Shown piece by piece: positions 27,901-40,990 of a stretch of 64,000 bases of DNA. The stretch comes from Lytechinus pictus (lineage: Eukaryota). The notes under the pieces are model-generated. The model saw only the letters and a program-made list of their open reading frames with translations. It was not told the DNA's origin and made no database searches. The position numbers were made by a program, and so were the translations under genes. Numbering within the stretch: position 1 is the first letter of the stretch; every line of letters starts with the position of its first letter. The stretch lies in NCBI RefSeq assembly GCF_037042905.1, contig NC_087252.1, positions 2,544,001 to 2,608,000 of the forward strand. The letters are read 5' to 3'.

Positions 27901-28357
27901 TGTGGATAGGACAGTCTACTTGGAATTCCCCTTTTCATATCTTGGAAATAATACTGCAATGCTTTTGTAGCACTCACGAGATGCCACTTCTTCCTCTTGG
28001 GTCACTACACAGTTCCTGCCAAGTGGAGGGTACAAGATGCCACTACGGACAGGTTACCGTTAAAAATAACATGCAGGGCCAAAGTTACTATTATGGTAAC
28101 TTTGCCATCCAATGGTAACTACCATGGTAACAACACTCATCAGCCAATCAGAATCAAGGATTCCATAATAGATACCATTGGATGACAAAGTCACTTGTAT
28201 GCAACTGGACCCAGATAAAGTTGACCCTTCTCCATGCCACCCAATTGAATGTAAAATACAACCATTGGTCTATTAATTAAACTTAATGTTATGTCCAAAG
28301 ATTCTGTCCAGAAGAGATTGGAAAAACGTGAAAGGAGAGTAGTAGGAGAGTACTTAC

Positions 28358-29461
28358 TGTTAATGTGAAATCAGCAACTGATGGATGAATGAATGGGCTG
28401 TAGAAAAAGGTATCATATCCAAACTTGTTGTACTGCACAATAAATCCTGATATCTCCTCATCAATTGCAGGAGGCACCCTCCAAGAAATGGATGCCCTCG
28501 TCGTTGCAACGGTATCAATGTTGATGTGCTGAGGAGGGGAGATGATGACCTCACAACGTTCGCCGAGGTAGAGATGTCGGCACTCGCATTTGAATCCTGT
28601 AAAAGGGTCGTTGGTGCATACCCCTCTATTTTGGCACGGATTTTGAGCACAGGTCATGTAAGGCCTCGAAGGAGTGGGGCCAGAATGTGGATGCCGAGGC
28701 ATTGTCGGTCGTCTGTTAGGCGGGGTACCGGGCCGTCTTGGGGTCGTGACCCTTGGACGAATTGGGTCAATGATGACAGGTCCTTGTCCACGTCCAGGGG
28801 TGTTCACACCTGGTGTGGATGGCCTATTGGGGCGGTTGACACCAACATGAGGGGATCGTGGAGTTGCTGGCGGACGTGGTGTCTGAGGTGGGCGTTGTAC
28901 CGGTGGTTGCACCGGTGGTCGCTGCACCGGTGGTTGCTGCACAGGTGGTCTGTTGACTGGTGGTCGTTGCACCGGTGGTTGCTGCACAGGTGGTCTGTTG
29001 ACTGGTGGTCGTTGCACTGGTGGTTTAAAAGGGTTGATTGGTGCTCTTCCGGTGTTGCCCGTCCCTGTGTTGGGGTTGGTACCTGGTACCACACCTGGTA
29101 CCCCACCAGGTTGCACTCGTGCCCCCGGCTGGTTCCCCACTCCTGGTCGGTTTGGTAACCAGGGGTTCCGTGGGGGCACCCGAGGAGGAGGAGGGGGAGG
29201 AGGATTCACTGGGATGCCACGATTAGCAGGGTGCATGGGATCACCTGGCAGAGGAAACCCTGGGAGTGGATAAAAACCGGGCATCCCAGGAACAGTAGGG
29301 TACGTCATTCCTACTGACGCCCAAGGGTCAAGAGGGTCTATGGGCGGTTGTACACCTTCAGACACAAACCCTCCATTAGGTGGAATATCCCCTATAAACT
29401 GTGCAGCTACCTGTAAACAAAGGTGTGTCAAGGATACAGTAACAAAAACTCTCATCTCCAT
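28358..29461 (-). CDS. Coding exon 1 of an uncharacterised type I membrane protein: signal peptide, Pro/Gly-rich region, EGF-like domain, N-terminal part of an FN3 domain
   Basis: Long GC-richer ORF. The ATG is in GCCATGG context with an in-frame TAA upstream, followed by a hydrophobic N-terminus (MEMRVFVTVSLTHLCLQVAAQ). It contains a six-Cys EGF (CAQNPCQNRGVCTNDPFTGFKCECRHLYLGERCE) and an FN3 start (SPPQHI...ASISWRVP...GFIVQY). Donor ACA|gtaagt, phase 0. An alternative acceptor (ttgtttacag|, exon from 29410) cannot be excluded. Confidence 0.9.
28887..29023 (-). repeat. Coding minisatellite with 15-bp units and a 45-bp higher-order repeat, encoding PPV(Q/N)(R/Q)
   Basis: PPVQRPPVNRPPVQQPPVQRPPVNRPPVQQPPVQRPPVQPPVQRPP in the translation. 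Confidence 0.9.
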
Positions 29462-30169
29462 GGCTATGTAAGTCTTTTACTAATACAGGGGAACACACTC
29501 TTGAGGATGTGGATGTTGATCTGATGCTTCCGCTCAAATTGTTTCCGAATCATTCAACGTAGCAGAGTTCTTATCAAGATCACCTTCACTTTTAGCGAAG
29601 TCAATAAGTCATGGATGAATGCATTGGGGTCCCTCACATCTGAATCATGGATGCAGGTTCATTCATCTAACTTCTGCAGCACTCCCAATTTAGCATGTAT
29701 TCCTACCCCACACTCAAGGAATCTTGATCATCTAACTTCCACTCCTGAGTACTTCACCAAGTCTGCCAAGGTACCTTAAACAGCTCAGCTAGAAAGACGG
29801 TACAGTTTGCACTGGCAACATTGCGATCAGATCCGAGTCTTTCACCAGACGTTTTCAAGCTCTCTCATCTTTCTAGCTGTAAAGCCTTCAATCTCTCGTC
29901 TTGCAGGGGCTGTTTTCTTCCTCCCGGGATAAACCAAATCAAACTTCTGACTCAGACGAAGTTATAGTTCCACTGCGTTGATTCCTGATTGTTGCTCTTT
30001 TGCTTTCTCTTCCTTCCCTTGGATGGCAGCACTCCTATCGCAATCATCGATCTTAGTCCCTGCTTGCTCGTCGAAAGTAGACGCTGCCTGCTATGGTGTT
30101 TCCAATTAGAGGATTATCCAATTCTTTGTTGGGAGGTTTGGAAGCAGTGATAATGATCTTTAGTTGAAC
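29462..30169 (-). other. Probable 5' UTR part of the exon carrying the EGF/FN3 gene start codon
   Basis: Strong minus-strand acceptor ttttgtctaccctctttacag| just above 30169. Composition stays repeat-free and GC-richer down to the ATG. A candidate upstream donor AAG|gtaagt lies at 31700. Confidence 0.4.
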
Positions 30170-32463
30170 CTGTAAAGAGGGTAGACAAAAATAGTGCATG
30201 AATTTCTCTGGATGCTTTGTGAAATTGAAATACATGTAGATGTGAATCTCAATTTTAGAATTGAATGTGTGCAATAACACGTGTTACAAGAAACTAAACT
30301 ACAGTCAACTGCCACTATGAATTTCAAATTTGCTATTTGATTTGAAATGATAGGTTATCAATTCAAATTTCTCAATGCTAGCCGAAGTAAAAGAGCAGTC
30401 GATGTTTCAAATTTTAAATAAAATGAAAGGATTCAAATTGATTTTTTTAATGTAGAATCAGTAACAGGTTTCTTGCAACATCCCTCCTTTTCAAAGATCA
30501 TTTGTTTTTGTTAATCGATTGTCTTCAGTTGCCAGTGAATCCAGTTGTATATACATGCATTTATCTTTTGACCTAATGTAACATTAATACTTCATTCACA
30601 CTACATGTAGTTATGATTGAATCTACCATTCTATTAAACCCGTTGAATACTGAATTGTGTGATTCCTATGAACTTTATACAGGTATCACCTGTTTCAGTT
30701 GGTAATGAGTTAAATACACTTCAGGATTTCCCCACTGCCAACATTAGGTAATCTTTTTTTACAACATTCACATTTTACATTCAAAGAAACACCAAAGGCC
30801 ACTTCAAGGTGGATGGAGATACAGCACATGGCATTGATTATGTATTTCATTAATATGTTTTCTTTTATATATCATTTATCAAATTATTAATTTTGGTTTT
30901 AATAATTAATTTATCATAAATTCAGTCATCATTCTAGTCTATATTCATCAAACAAACATGTTAAACCGTAAGAAAAATATTCCTCTCCATGCAGTCAGTT
31001 TTGGAAAAGCTGACCGATGTGGGATAAAGTATTGTAATGGAAATACAATCAATATTTCACTTGATAGAATGAATCATAATTGCCCTCCAAAATTGTGTGA
31101 GATGGAATCCTGCATTATTAAATTTAGTATCCTTTTGAGGTTGAAAACTATTTCCCAATGGGTATTTACCACAGACTTTTTGGCAGTGATAGTTTGTACT
31201 CGCGTGGCTTGCCAGAAACTCTGCTGAAGTTTAAAGACATCAATAATAATTTTCTATTTCAAGTATGCACTCTCAATTTTCACTGCCCTTGTCAATATTA
31301 TTTCAGTATACAGGAAAATACCTGTTTAAGTAGCTTAAATCAAGTGTTTAGTAGAGTAAGTTTGGGCAGTATCTCTAAAAATATTTGCTTCTTTATAAGA
31401 ATAATTTCCAAAATTCTTGCTCTTATAAGGTTCACCTTTATGCAATTTATTAAAATAAAAAAGAAATCATTTTTTAAAAATTAAATGTGTAAAAATACAT
31501 ATTAAACTTTGTGTTAGAAGATTTCAAAAATTCCAAAATGAAAAGGAAGGTTTGTAATGACCTTGAGGTAGTATTATAATGGACATTGGAAGGAATATTT
31601 AGTCAGTCAGATCACTCTGTTTTTGTTGTTACTGTTTTTAGGGTGTATATCTTGATTAAGAATGGTATATCAAACAAAAGTCAAAGTTAATCCACTTACC
31701 TTTAAATTGCATTATTTCCTTTGTTTATCACTGAATAGCTTTATCCTGTTTAAACTTCCTTCACAAGTGGTATCTTAATATTGAATTCAAATGAAATTAT
31801 TTCTTTCGATACAGTGTGATCAGCGTGATCAGCGCAGTTAAGGAGCTATGGGATAAGTTGTGGGTACAGGTGCCAGTCCTTCGATCTTAAACCAACGCAG
31901 TCACAGACTATCAGCTTGCTATTCTAAGCGTACAGCTCATATCCCCTCCTCGAGATCTTGCTCCTTCACGGTATGCCTTCAACCGATCAAATGATCTCCC
32001 TGTCGCCTCGGCAAAGAACCTTACTTGACCCGCACCAGAGCTCCCCCTGCCTCAGCTTCCTGCCTTCGATACTGAACCCCCCTCCTGGAACATGGACAGA
32101 CCGATCGTCTGCCCTGTCGGCGCATGCGTCACCTTTGAAGGAAGCGCATCATTGGATCGCTCCATGATGTGTCTTTAGGGGAGGGTTGGCGTGTTGGAGG
32201 GGAGGGGATGTCATGTTTATTTAAAGGTGGGTGGAGTTGGGTAATGTTTTCATCGTGTCCACCTACGTGAGGATCATGTGGGAGGCTATAGGCGATGTCT
32301 TCTTGAGTGATGGGCTGAAGATAGTCCAGTGGCCTTGGAGGGGTTGAACTGTGATTGGTCATTTAAGGCTATTTTCGTTAATAGACACCTACTTGATATT
32401 TAATTTTACAATGATTTTTTTTTTCTTTTCCCCTCATCTACTTCATCCAGCTTTCTTTCTTAA

Positions 32464-33037
32464 AGGACAAGTCCACCCCAACAAAAAGTTGATTTGAATA
32501 AAAAGAGAAAAATCCAACAAGCATAATGCTGAAAATTTCATAAAATTTGAAAATTATGATGTTTTAAAGTTTTGCTTAATTTCGCAAAACAATTATTATG
32601 CACTTCCCGGTGGGTATGCAAATGAGGAGACCGATGACGTCATCCACTCACTATTTCTTTGTATTTTATTATATGAAATAGGAATATTCTATTTTTTCTC
32701 CTCAATGTCAAGTGAAACAACGATTATTTTTTCTCTGAAATAGTGGAATGAGCATTGTATATGATTCAGTCAAGTTGGTCTTTATTGTCAAATCTATAAA
32801 AAAGATGAAATATTGAATAATTCAAACAATAAAAAACAAAAGAAATAGTGAGTGAGGGACATCATCGACTGTCTCATTTGAGTTGTGCATATCACTATTT
32901 TGTGAAAAACAAGCAAAACTTTAAAATGCCATAACTTTCTTATTTTACATCCGATTTTGATGAAATTTTCAGCGTTTTGCTAGTTTGATTTTTCTCTATT
33001 TATTCAATACAACATTTTTCCGGGGTGGACTTGACCT
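32464..33037. mobile_element. Kolobok-like MITE with TTAA TSD
   Basis: TTAA|aggacaagtccacccc ... ggggtggacttgacct|TTAA with long inverted arms. Confidence 0.85.
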
Positions 33038-33099
33038 TTAATGCAGTATTTACTTCCAATCCTGTTAAATAGTTTTCATAAAAGTTAAAGGATAATTTG

Positions 33100-33170
33100 A
33101 ATGAATCCCACTCATGTCTAAATATGTCTTCAAATTTTGAAGACATATTTAGACACGAGTGGGATTCATT
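33100..33170. repeat. Near-perfect 71-bp palindrome
   Basis: aatgaatcccactcatgtctaaatatgtcttcaaa-t-tttgaagacatatttagacacgagtgggattcatt, with one mismatch. Confidence 0.9.
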
Positions 33171-33711
33171 TTGGCCGTCTGCACTTTCAGTCACCCTTGC
33201 GTTGGTTTTGCTAATTAATCACCAGCTCATGAGATTAAATATGGAACATGATAAGATATTTATGTACCAAGTGCATTAATTAAATTGATTTCAATTTCTC
33301 TGTTTAATTTCTCCTTCTCTCTTTCCCTGCTATCTCTGTTTCTCAATATTATTTCGCCATTTGCTTTTTTGATATTTTTATCTCTATTCTCTATATGTAG
33401 ATACCATGGGCTGGAAATGTCTTAATCCATTTTCAAATTGAATACAGAACCTTTTTTGGATGATTAGAGACCAAGCACAGTTAGTTTAAAAACACATAAA
33501 ATAATACATATGAGAACAAAAATATGGCAAATTTCTTGTCATGGAATTCACATACATTGATTTGACGCGAATTGATGATAAGAAATAATACTTTTTTTTT
33601 TCGATTGGCTATTACTATTACTACTGCAGGTTTGGTACTAAGCTGTCAATTTGTGCACAATAAATTATTTGTAAAACATTTACAATGAATTTGCTCGTCA
33701 CCCAAGTTATC

Positions 33712-33886
33712 TAGTCTGCAGGCATGGACCCTGATTGAAACTTCAACAAGTGTGTCTCCATGCAAAGACTAGCACATACAAAACGTGCTGTTTCAATTCT
33801 GAGCGAGACGGCCTTCAGTACACTAGGCATAAGTAGGCTGCACATTCAGACCCTTAACTGGAGGGAAGGGTTTGCACAGCACACTA
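33712..33886. mobile_element. TAG...CTA element, same family as 16966-17122, 9-bp TSD
   Basis: caagttatc|tagtctgcaggca ... cagcacacta|caagctatc (8/9 TSD match). Confidence 0.78.
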
Positions 33887-35177
33887 CAAGCTATCAGTCC
33901 ACATACTAGATGGCCAATATTTGCAAGACAACTCAACTTCATCATCAAAACTTGAGTCTTTCTAAGGAAATCAAATCTAGCATTTCAAACCTGGATTAAT
34001 CGAAAGCGGAAGAACTGGCTCGCTTTTCTTGCCAGCATTTCTGCGATAAGACTTTCCTGAAGTCCTTTGTGTTTTCATGCGATATGGAATTGCCTTTTGT
34101 CTTCCTGTGAGAAGCATATTGGGTGCTGACTTTGACTTCCTGAGCTCAACAACTGCTTGCAAGAACCCTGCAGGCCTGTACAAAGTATATACAATTAAGA
34201 GAATCTGACAATTGTAGGTTTAAGCCATTGAGTCCTTGCTTTCCAGTGTGAAATACATGTCATAACTCCTATTGGATCAATGTGTCTACCTAGTCTAAAA
34301 GTCCAGCCATCATTCCTACTAGTACATTATTAAGATTTTCACTTACAAAATGTGCAGTTGTATCTAAAAGTATCCAAAATGTGCTTACTAGCAAGAAGCC
34401 TAAAACTTAAAAGCACGAATGAACAATTCTTATTACATTTGTCTACCTGACTGTATAATGCTTGAAAGGTTAAACCTAATGTCAAAACAATGTTTGAAAA
34501 GATGAAAAAATGAAATTTTCACAAATTTCACCTCTCCTTTGTTTACCTCTCTTTCCTAATTCTGCCAGTAGCCCTTCTATCACCCCTCAGTGCAGGAAGC
34601 TTCCCATTCTAGTCCTTACGTTCTTCATTTATTATCTTGAAATATGATCTGATAGTGGTTTATTGATAAGCCAACAATGCTGCGATTGCTGAAATGAAAG
34701 AGTGGAGATAATAATGGCTTTATGATGATTGAAATGAACAGGATTCTTGCCCTCTAGAGAATTGTGCCTGGAATTAGAAATGATGTCATTTCATGTACTC
34801 GGCATGTTGTGGGCAAGTAACAATAACAAAAATAAACATTCTCTACTTCTATGTTTATTACCAATATTACGGCAGTTGGGGAGGGCTGGGCCTCCCAAAA
34901 ATATTCCATGACGAAGAAAAAAAAATGACAAAAATTAGAAAAATTAAGAATAGGGAAGGACAAGGGTGCAGTGTGATTATAACATTATAATCTATCACAA
35001 AAAATTCTAAAAAGGCCAATTTTGCTTTCTCACTTTGCTTGCTCTCAACTTTTCCGAAATTTTTCCTTATCATACTGTGCTCCTCAAAATTGTTGACTCT
35101 TTATGCCACTGACGACTGCTGCTGCTGCTTCTGCTATTACCACACTTCTGATATTAGTACCACTACTTCATTATCTT

Positions 35178-35390
35178 ATACTACTTCTACTACTAACTAC
35201 TACTACTACTACTACTACTACAACTACTACTACTACTTCTACTACTACTATTACTACTACTACTACTACTACTACTACTATTTCTACTATTACTACTACT
35301 CCTATTACTACTACTACTACTCCTACTATTACTACTACTACTACTACTACATGTACTACTACTACTACTACTACTTCTACTACTACTGAT
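35178..35390 (+). repeat. (TAC)n microsatellite
   Basis: Read directly. It explains the poly-Y, poly-T and poly-S ORFs. Confidence 0.95.
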
Positions 35391-38300
35391 AATAGTAATG
35401 ATAATACTGCTGCTGCGACTGCTGTTGCTGCTACTACAACTACTACAAGTACTCTGTTGACATACCCTGCACAAATGAATCCACCCTTCGCACTGCTCTA
35501 ACCAATTCTTGTTTTGTCTAGAGTCTTCACACTCTCTCATTGATAAAATCTAATTATCACACCAAGTCGTCTGACCACATTGAGCTATTCTTGACCATTC
35601 TCCCTAAGGGTCACTTTAGGAAGTTTATGATTATACCAGGAACATGGACCTATTGTCAGCTTGTTACTAATCAACTTGTCTATGAAATCTTTTGAATCAG
35701 AGCTCCAAAACCTCTTGCATTTCTTTCCACCTTTCTACTTGTTTTGTTTTGTTTTCATTTCTTTTTAATTTATATTCCATTTTTTGATCTGTTCATCTAT
35801 TTGTCATATCACATCATGTATTTGTTTGTAATAAATCTATTTTATATTTTGCTATCGGGCATATTATTGATTTTTTTGTTTCATTTGTTATTCATATTTT
35901 TTAAAGTTATTAATTTATTTTGATTAATTAAGTAATTTATGTATTTTTTGTATTCTCATATTTTACTTTATTTTAATTAATTCATTTATTTTATTTATTT
36001 ATTTTTTATATATTTTAATCACTTTTAATTATTATTACTATTATTTTTTTTTTTTTTGGGGGGGGGTTGGGCGGGGGTTTTCATCTTGTATCTCTATTTG
36101 AAGAAATAAGGAAAGTGTGATTTTATTGTAGGCCCTATACTATAGAGTTGAGGAATGTCTATTTATGAACATTACTTATCATGCTTTGTACCTATGTTTT
36201 ACACATATCCTTGGACAAAACTCATTGTCCATCTGATTACTTATTCAAGTGACATACAGGGACTTTCCATCTCCAGGGTTAATAGGTTTTATTATATCAT
36301 CCTTTATTATCTTTATAGCTGACAGGTATATATGGGAGCAGATAGACAATATTCCTTTGCTTTAAGGAGGGAGTTATTCCATCTTTCCCCAACTGGACCC
36401 AATTGGGACATAGTGGATTCATGAATGGATGTTAAGTGATGTCCTATTTAGGAGCCGCATGTCATTGCCGTTAATAACTGGCCAAGGCGTTGCTAATTAT
36501 ATACAGAAAAACATGGAACATGGTACGTCAGTCGTCACCAGAATGAACATATTAGCCAGTGACTCTATTCATGGTCTGTACGTCCTGTATGTGTAGACCA
36601 CTGCAATGTTTACTACAAGGGACTTTGTGAATTAAATCTAGGGGTTTTCCCCAAGTTTTGAAAGTGGAAATGGGCTTATGAAGGGCGAGGATACTGAAAA
36701 TTAAAGGGGCAAAGCTTACGCCATCGTCTTAGATAAAGGTCAATCTTGCTATATTTGTATCAAAAACCTCCTGCGGGGGACTACCTTCAAATAATGTTCA
36801 CCTACTTTATATAACATTTTTAAGAAGAACAGAATTTAACTTCTTAAATTAAATATAGAGCTATCAATTTGCTGGATATTTATTTTGGTCTCGTTACACT
36901 TTTCATACTTGTACCTTCTTATTCGACATAACTTTCATGAAGAGAATATCGCCCAACTTGAAGCATTTTTATTCAGATTATGTTGTATCTACAACACTAT
37001 TTGCTTTTATATTAAGACTCCATCATGGTGTATTTTAACATCCAAGGCTTTGGTCCTCCTAGAACACTGACTGGTATTGTTTTTCAACCAAACCATCATC
37101 TTTTCAGTGTATGTTAAATTTTTGAAATTAGAACATAGCTAAATAATGTTATCTAATGCTGATGTTGAAATACTTACCTTGTATACCTGACCTCAATATT
37201 TTGTGCAATTGCCAATGTGGTTTTATCAAGAAATCTGTATTGCCAACTGGGCACCGTGTATATAAATTACTACTAGCATTATAGTAAATTTGCCATCAAT
37301 TTGATGGTAACTGCCATGGTTACAATGCTCAGCACCCATTCACAATCAAGTATTTGAAGGAGGTTACCAATTTTACCATAATAATTACTTATTTGCAACA
37401 TGACTGGTATTATTTCTGTTGATATTTTATAACTAACAACTCTTTTCTAGATCCTGCTTTGATGTAGAATCTTTGTTATACTTTACCCAAGATCCAACTT
37501 GTTGCTGCAGTCAGGAGTAAAATAATAACATTGGACTTCGGCCTATTCTTTGCCTTCCTCAGCTTTGTGGGTCATGGACTTAACTGTGAAAATTATGATC
37601 TAGGAAATCAAGGATTTATGATCAGATTCAGAGTGGCTTACTTCATGCTTGTGCCTCAAAACCCAGGCTAAGCTAAACTCTTGTTGTGCCCTTGTCAAGC
37701 ACACAGTTGTTCACTCTCATCCACCTAAGTATGGGTACCTCAACCTCCTAAGGTCAAAATAAGATTGTATTTCTCCAGCTTACTTCTCATGAATTTGTAT
37801 GACATGAATTGCAATCAGAGTTAAAAACTGACATCAAATCAGGCAATAGATTTGAACTGTTTTGCCGCCTTAGCCTTTGAATGTCGCTGTAATTGAGAGG
37901 AATTTTGAATGGAGCTTTCTATTTTCCCAACATATTTGAGATGAACTGTTCCCATCCCCCTCCATTGATATGCTCATTAGCTGGCTTTGAACTTGTATTA
38001 GATCGCATCAATCTGTAGCTTTCAACTTAGGCTATAATATCTGCCTCCCCCAAACAGTAGCTTTTTGTTTTTGTGCCCTAATTTTTTAGTAGCTTTATAC
38101 TTTCTTGCCACTAACTTTTTTTACCTGATCATTTGAACTTGGCAGCTTTGTCATCCTTGTCAGTAGGCTTCAATGTGACCTTGCTGTATCTATCCCTCTC
38201 CTTTTCTCTTCCTCTGAGAGTTTACTTGCTAAAATTAGACCATGATGTCATCCCAAGACCATCTAAAATAAAGCTCTTGCTCATTATAAGGCTCTGAAGT

Positions 38301-40816
38301 TATGATTATCACAATGTTTTCAACTTCATTTGATTACAAAAGAGTATCTTACACGTTTTTTTTCTCCACAATCATGAAAATTTACCTGTTTTTTGGTAAG
38401 CTTTCACTTGCTAGGCATCATCATTGTAGCTGTAGTAGCTGTCGTATTGACGACAGTATGTTACACTCTTTCAAGGATTTGAATAAATCCTTATCAGATG
38501 TGAATTGGGGCCAGTCAAATATTTATTTTGAATATTAAGGATTAAGTTTTAAATCTCAAAAGATTTACATTCAAATCTTTTAGCTTTATACTAGAACATC
38601 CCACTTAAAAGGTTTATATCTGTATCTAATATTCAACTGCTCCATATTCACAGCTGATCTGGAATTACATGATTTTAAATCCTTGAAACTTTAATACTTG
38701 ATTTTCATATTTGTTTTTGTCACTCCAAGTAGAATGTCCCCCTTATTATCTCTGTTTCTTCCAAGTAAGCATAAGTTGTTTCAAAGGATCTCTTTCAAAG
38801 TGAAAAAAAAATGCTTGGCTTCACCAAACCTGTTGAGAATTCACTTGTATACATGGATTGCTTCATATTCTTCATTTCTTAGACATGAATGAATATTTCA
38901 AGAAATGTTGAAAGTATAAAAAATAATGTATTTATTGAGTATTCATAATAAGTAAGTATCAATGTTAAAGAGTGCTAATTTTGCTCTTTCAAAAGAATCT
39001 TTTAACAAGAACAGAAGAACATTGCTGGGCTTCACGAAACTAGTTCAAGACTTTATTTGTATACATTGCTTCATATTCTAAGAAAAGTTCCCAGGTTTTT
39101 TTTCCAAGTATCAGGAGAAAACCAGGTCACCTCTGAGGCTAACCTATCGCCCCTACGATCACCACACAGTAGCAAGCATCCGTGACGTTTAATTTTTACG
39201 AGTCAAAATTGTATTATGTCCTTCTGTAAGGCGATATTAGATATGAAAGGGGAAGTGTGAATTAAAGCATCTTAGACTCTGATCAATTGAGTGTATGAGA
39301 AGAAGAAGGGCATAACTACATCAAAACAGTTAAATAGCTATGGAGTGAAATTTTACGTGCTTTAAAGAGTTATTTTTGGGTACTGCTAGTTGCTCTGGCT
39401 GAGGGAAAGTGGGGGAGGAGGGGGATGGATAAGGCTTTTGATTTTTTCCCCTTTTAATTTCTTATGACTTATGGGGTGCCATACTCTGCTTCTAGTATCT
39501 GAAGTCAACAATATTTTTAACAGGAATAAATGGTGCTAGAATATTTTGTGTTGAACTAAAAGAAATAAACATTATAGATATGTACATGTTTGTAAAACGA
39601 TCTAGCTGCCAATCAAAACAAAATATTTACTTCTAAGCCAAGCAGATATGATGTTGATCCATTCCTGATTAAAACAATCACATGCTATGAATGGATGTCT
39701 TGGAGAAAAGATTATTACCTCTTTTTCATATATTTTATTTCATTAAACATACAATTGTTTAGGGGCAACATGGTGTGTGGTCGTCTTAAGGATATCATGA
39801 TGTCATCCAAAATTAATGACGAATGACTCAAAATCTGTTTTAGTGGACTTTGGACCTTCTATCTCCTAGAACCGTAAATTGCTTGGAGTACCCATCAGTT
39901 GTCGGAGATCAAAGACGCATAGGGGCTAAGTCGCAGGAAGTTCAAACCCTGGCGTTAGCCTGGACAATTGACGTAGGTTACCCTGCCCGTGATTGTGCAT
40001 CTTAAGTCCTCGCATATCGCCCCGGATTAAACTCTCAAGAACCTTTATATGAAAATAGCTCCATGATCACTCCATTTGCGTAGGTGTCTGATTAGATTGA
40101 TCATGCAGGCATCGGAGTTTGGGGTTTATTTTGACATATCAGTGACTCTCGACTTGACATCCGGAGGATTTGAAGAAGTTTGGAAGTGTCTTTGTCTTGA
40201 TCAGCTGGTGGTGATTGTTCCACCTGTCCATGGGTGCAAATGGGTGACCTCTATGTGACCCATTATTCTTACAGGTGTTAACTTAATCATGACCTGCGTC
40301 TTTGATACCGCTTGGTCATGACGAGTATTAACGTCATTTCAGTGCATTGCAATGAAATGATCGCTGATTGCTCATTGATTTTATTGTGGGCTGTATGATA
40401 GCACCACGGACACTGGACTTGAAACCACCCATTGTATGTAACTCTTTCATGTTGACAACTTAATTAAATTCCATCATTTGTTGCAAATATTGTCTCTGGG
40501 ATATGGAATCCATGAAGAAGATATTGAGACCATCTCTGGAAAAGCTCACATTTTGGTTAAGGCATAATTAATTAGCCACTTAATTTTGCCTAAAGAAAAT
40601 TCTCACAGGACTTATGGGACTGTTTTCAGACATTCTTACGTTTGCACACTGGCAAACCTAAGAAATATTTAGAAATACAACGTATTACTTTATCTGAGCT
40701 GCTGTTAAAAACAAAATTTTAACAGTCCAATAATATACTGGTGAAGGGGGGGGGGGTAGGCATAGAGTAATCAAAGAAAAATTTACAATTATGTTAATGA
40801 ATAATGATTCTTATCT

Positions 40817-40990
40817 CAGGGGTGTGAGAGTTCAGCTTTTTAGCTGATTTACGATTTTATTTGGTTTTGATTTTTCAGCTTAATTTCTGCTCATTTTAGT
40901 TTTTCTCTACATAAACTGTTAGAGCTCTTTCTTTTTCAGCACTCTTCGGCTTTTTTCAGATCTTTTTATTTGTGACCACTCACACCCCTG
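40817..40990. mobile_element. hAT-like MITE with apparent 6-bp TSD
   Basis: ttatct|caggggtgtgagag ... cactcacacccctg|ttatct. Confidence 0.75.

Noticed and set aside
28289..28357. C-terminal VSTLLLLSFHVF... extension of the 390-aa ORF read as a membrane anchor
   Set aside because: It begins exactly at a consensus gtaagt donor and would truncate the FN3 domain, so it is best read as intron. An intron-retention isoform is not excluded.
28360..29273. Antisense and alternative-frame ORFs over the Pro-rich exon (e.g. 28526-29158 +)
   Set aside because: Shadow ORFs of a GC-rich repetitive coding exon.
35039..35540. Poly-Tyr, poly-Thr and poly-Ser ORFs
   Set aside because: (TAC)n microsatellite artefacts with no splice or domain support.
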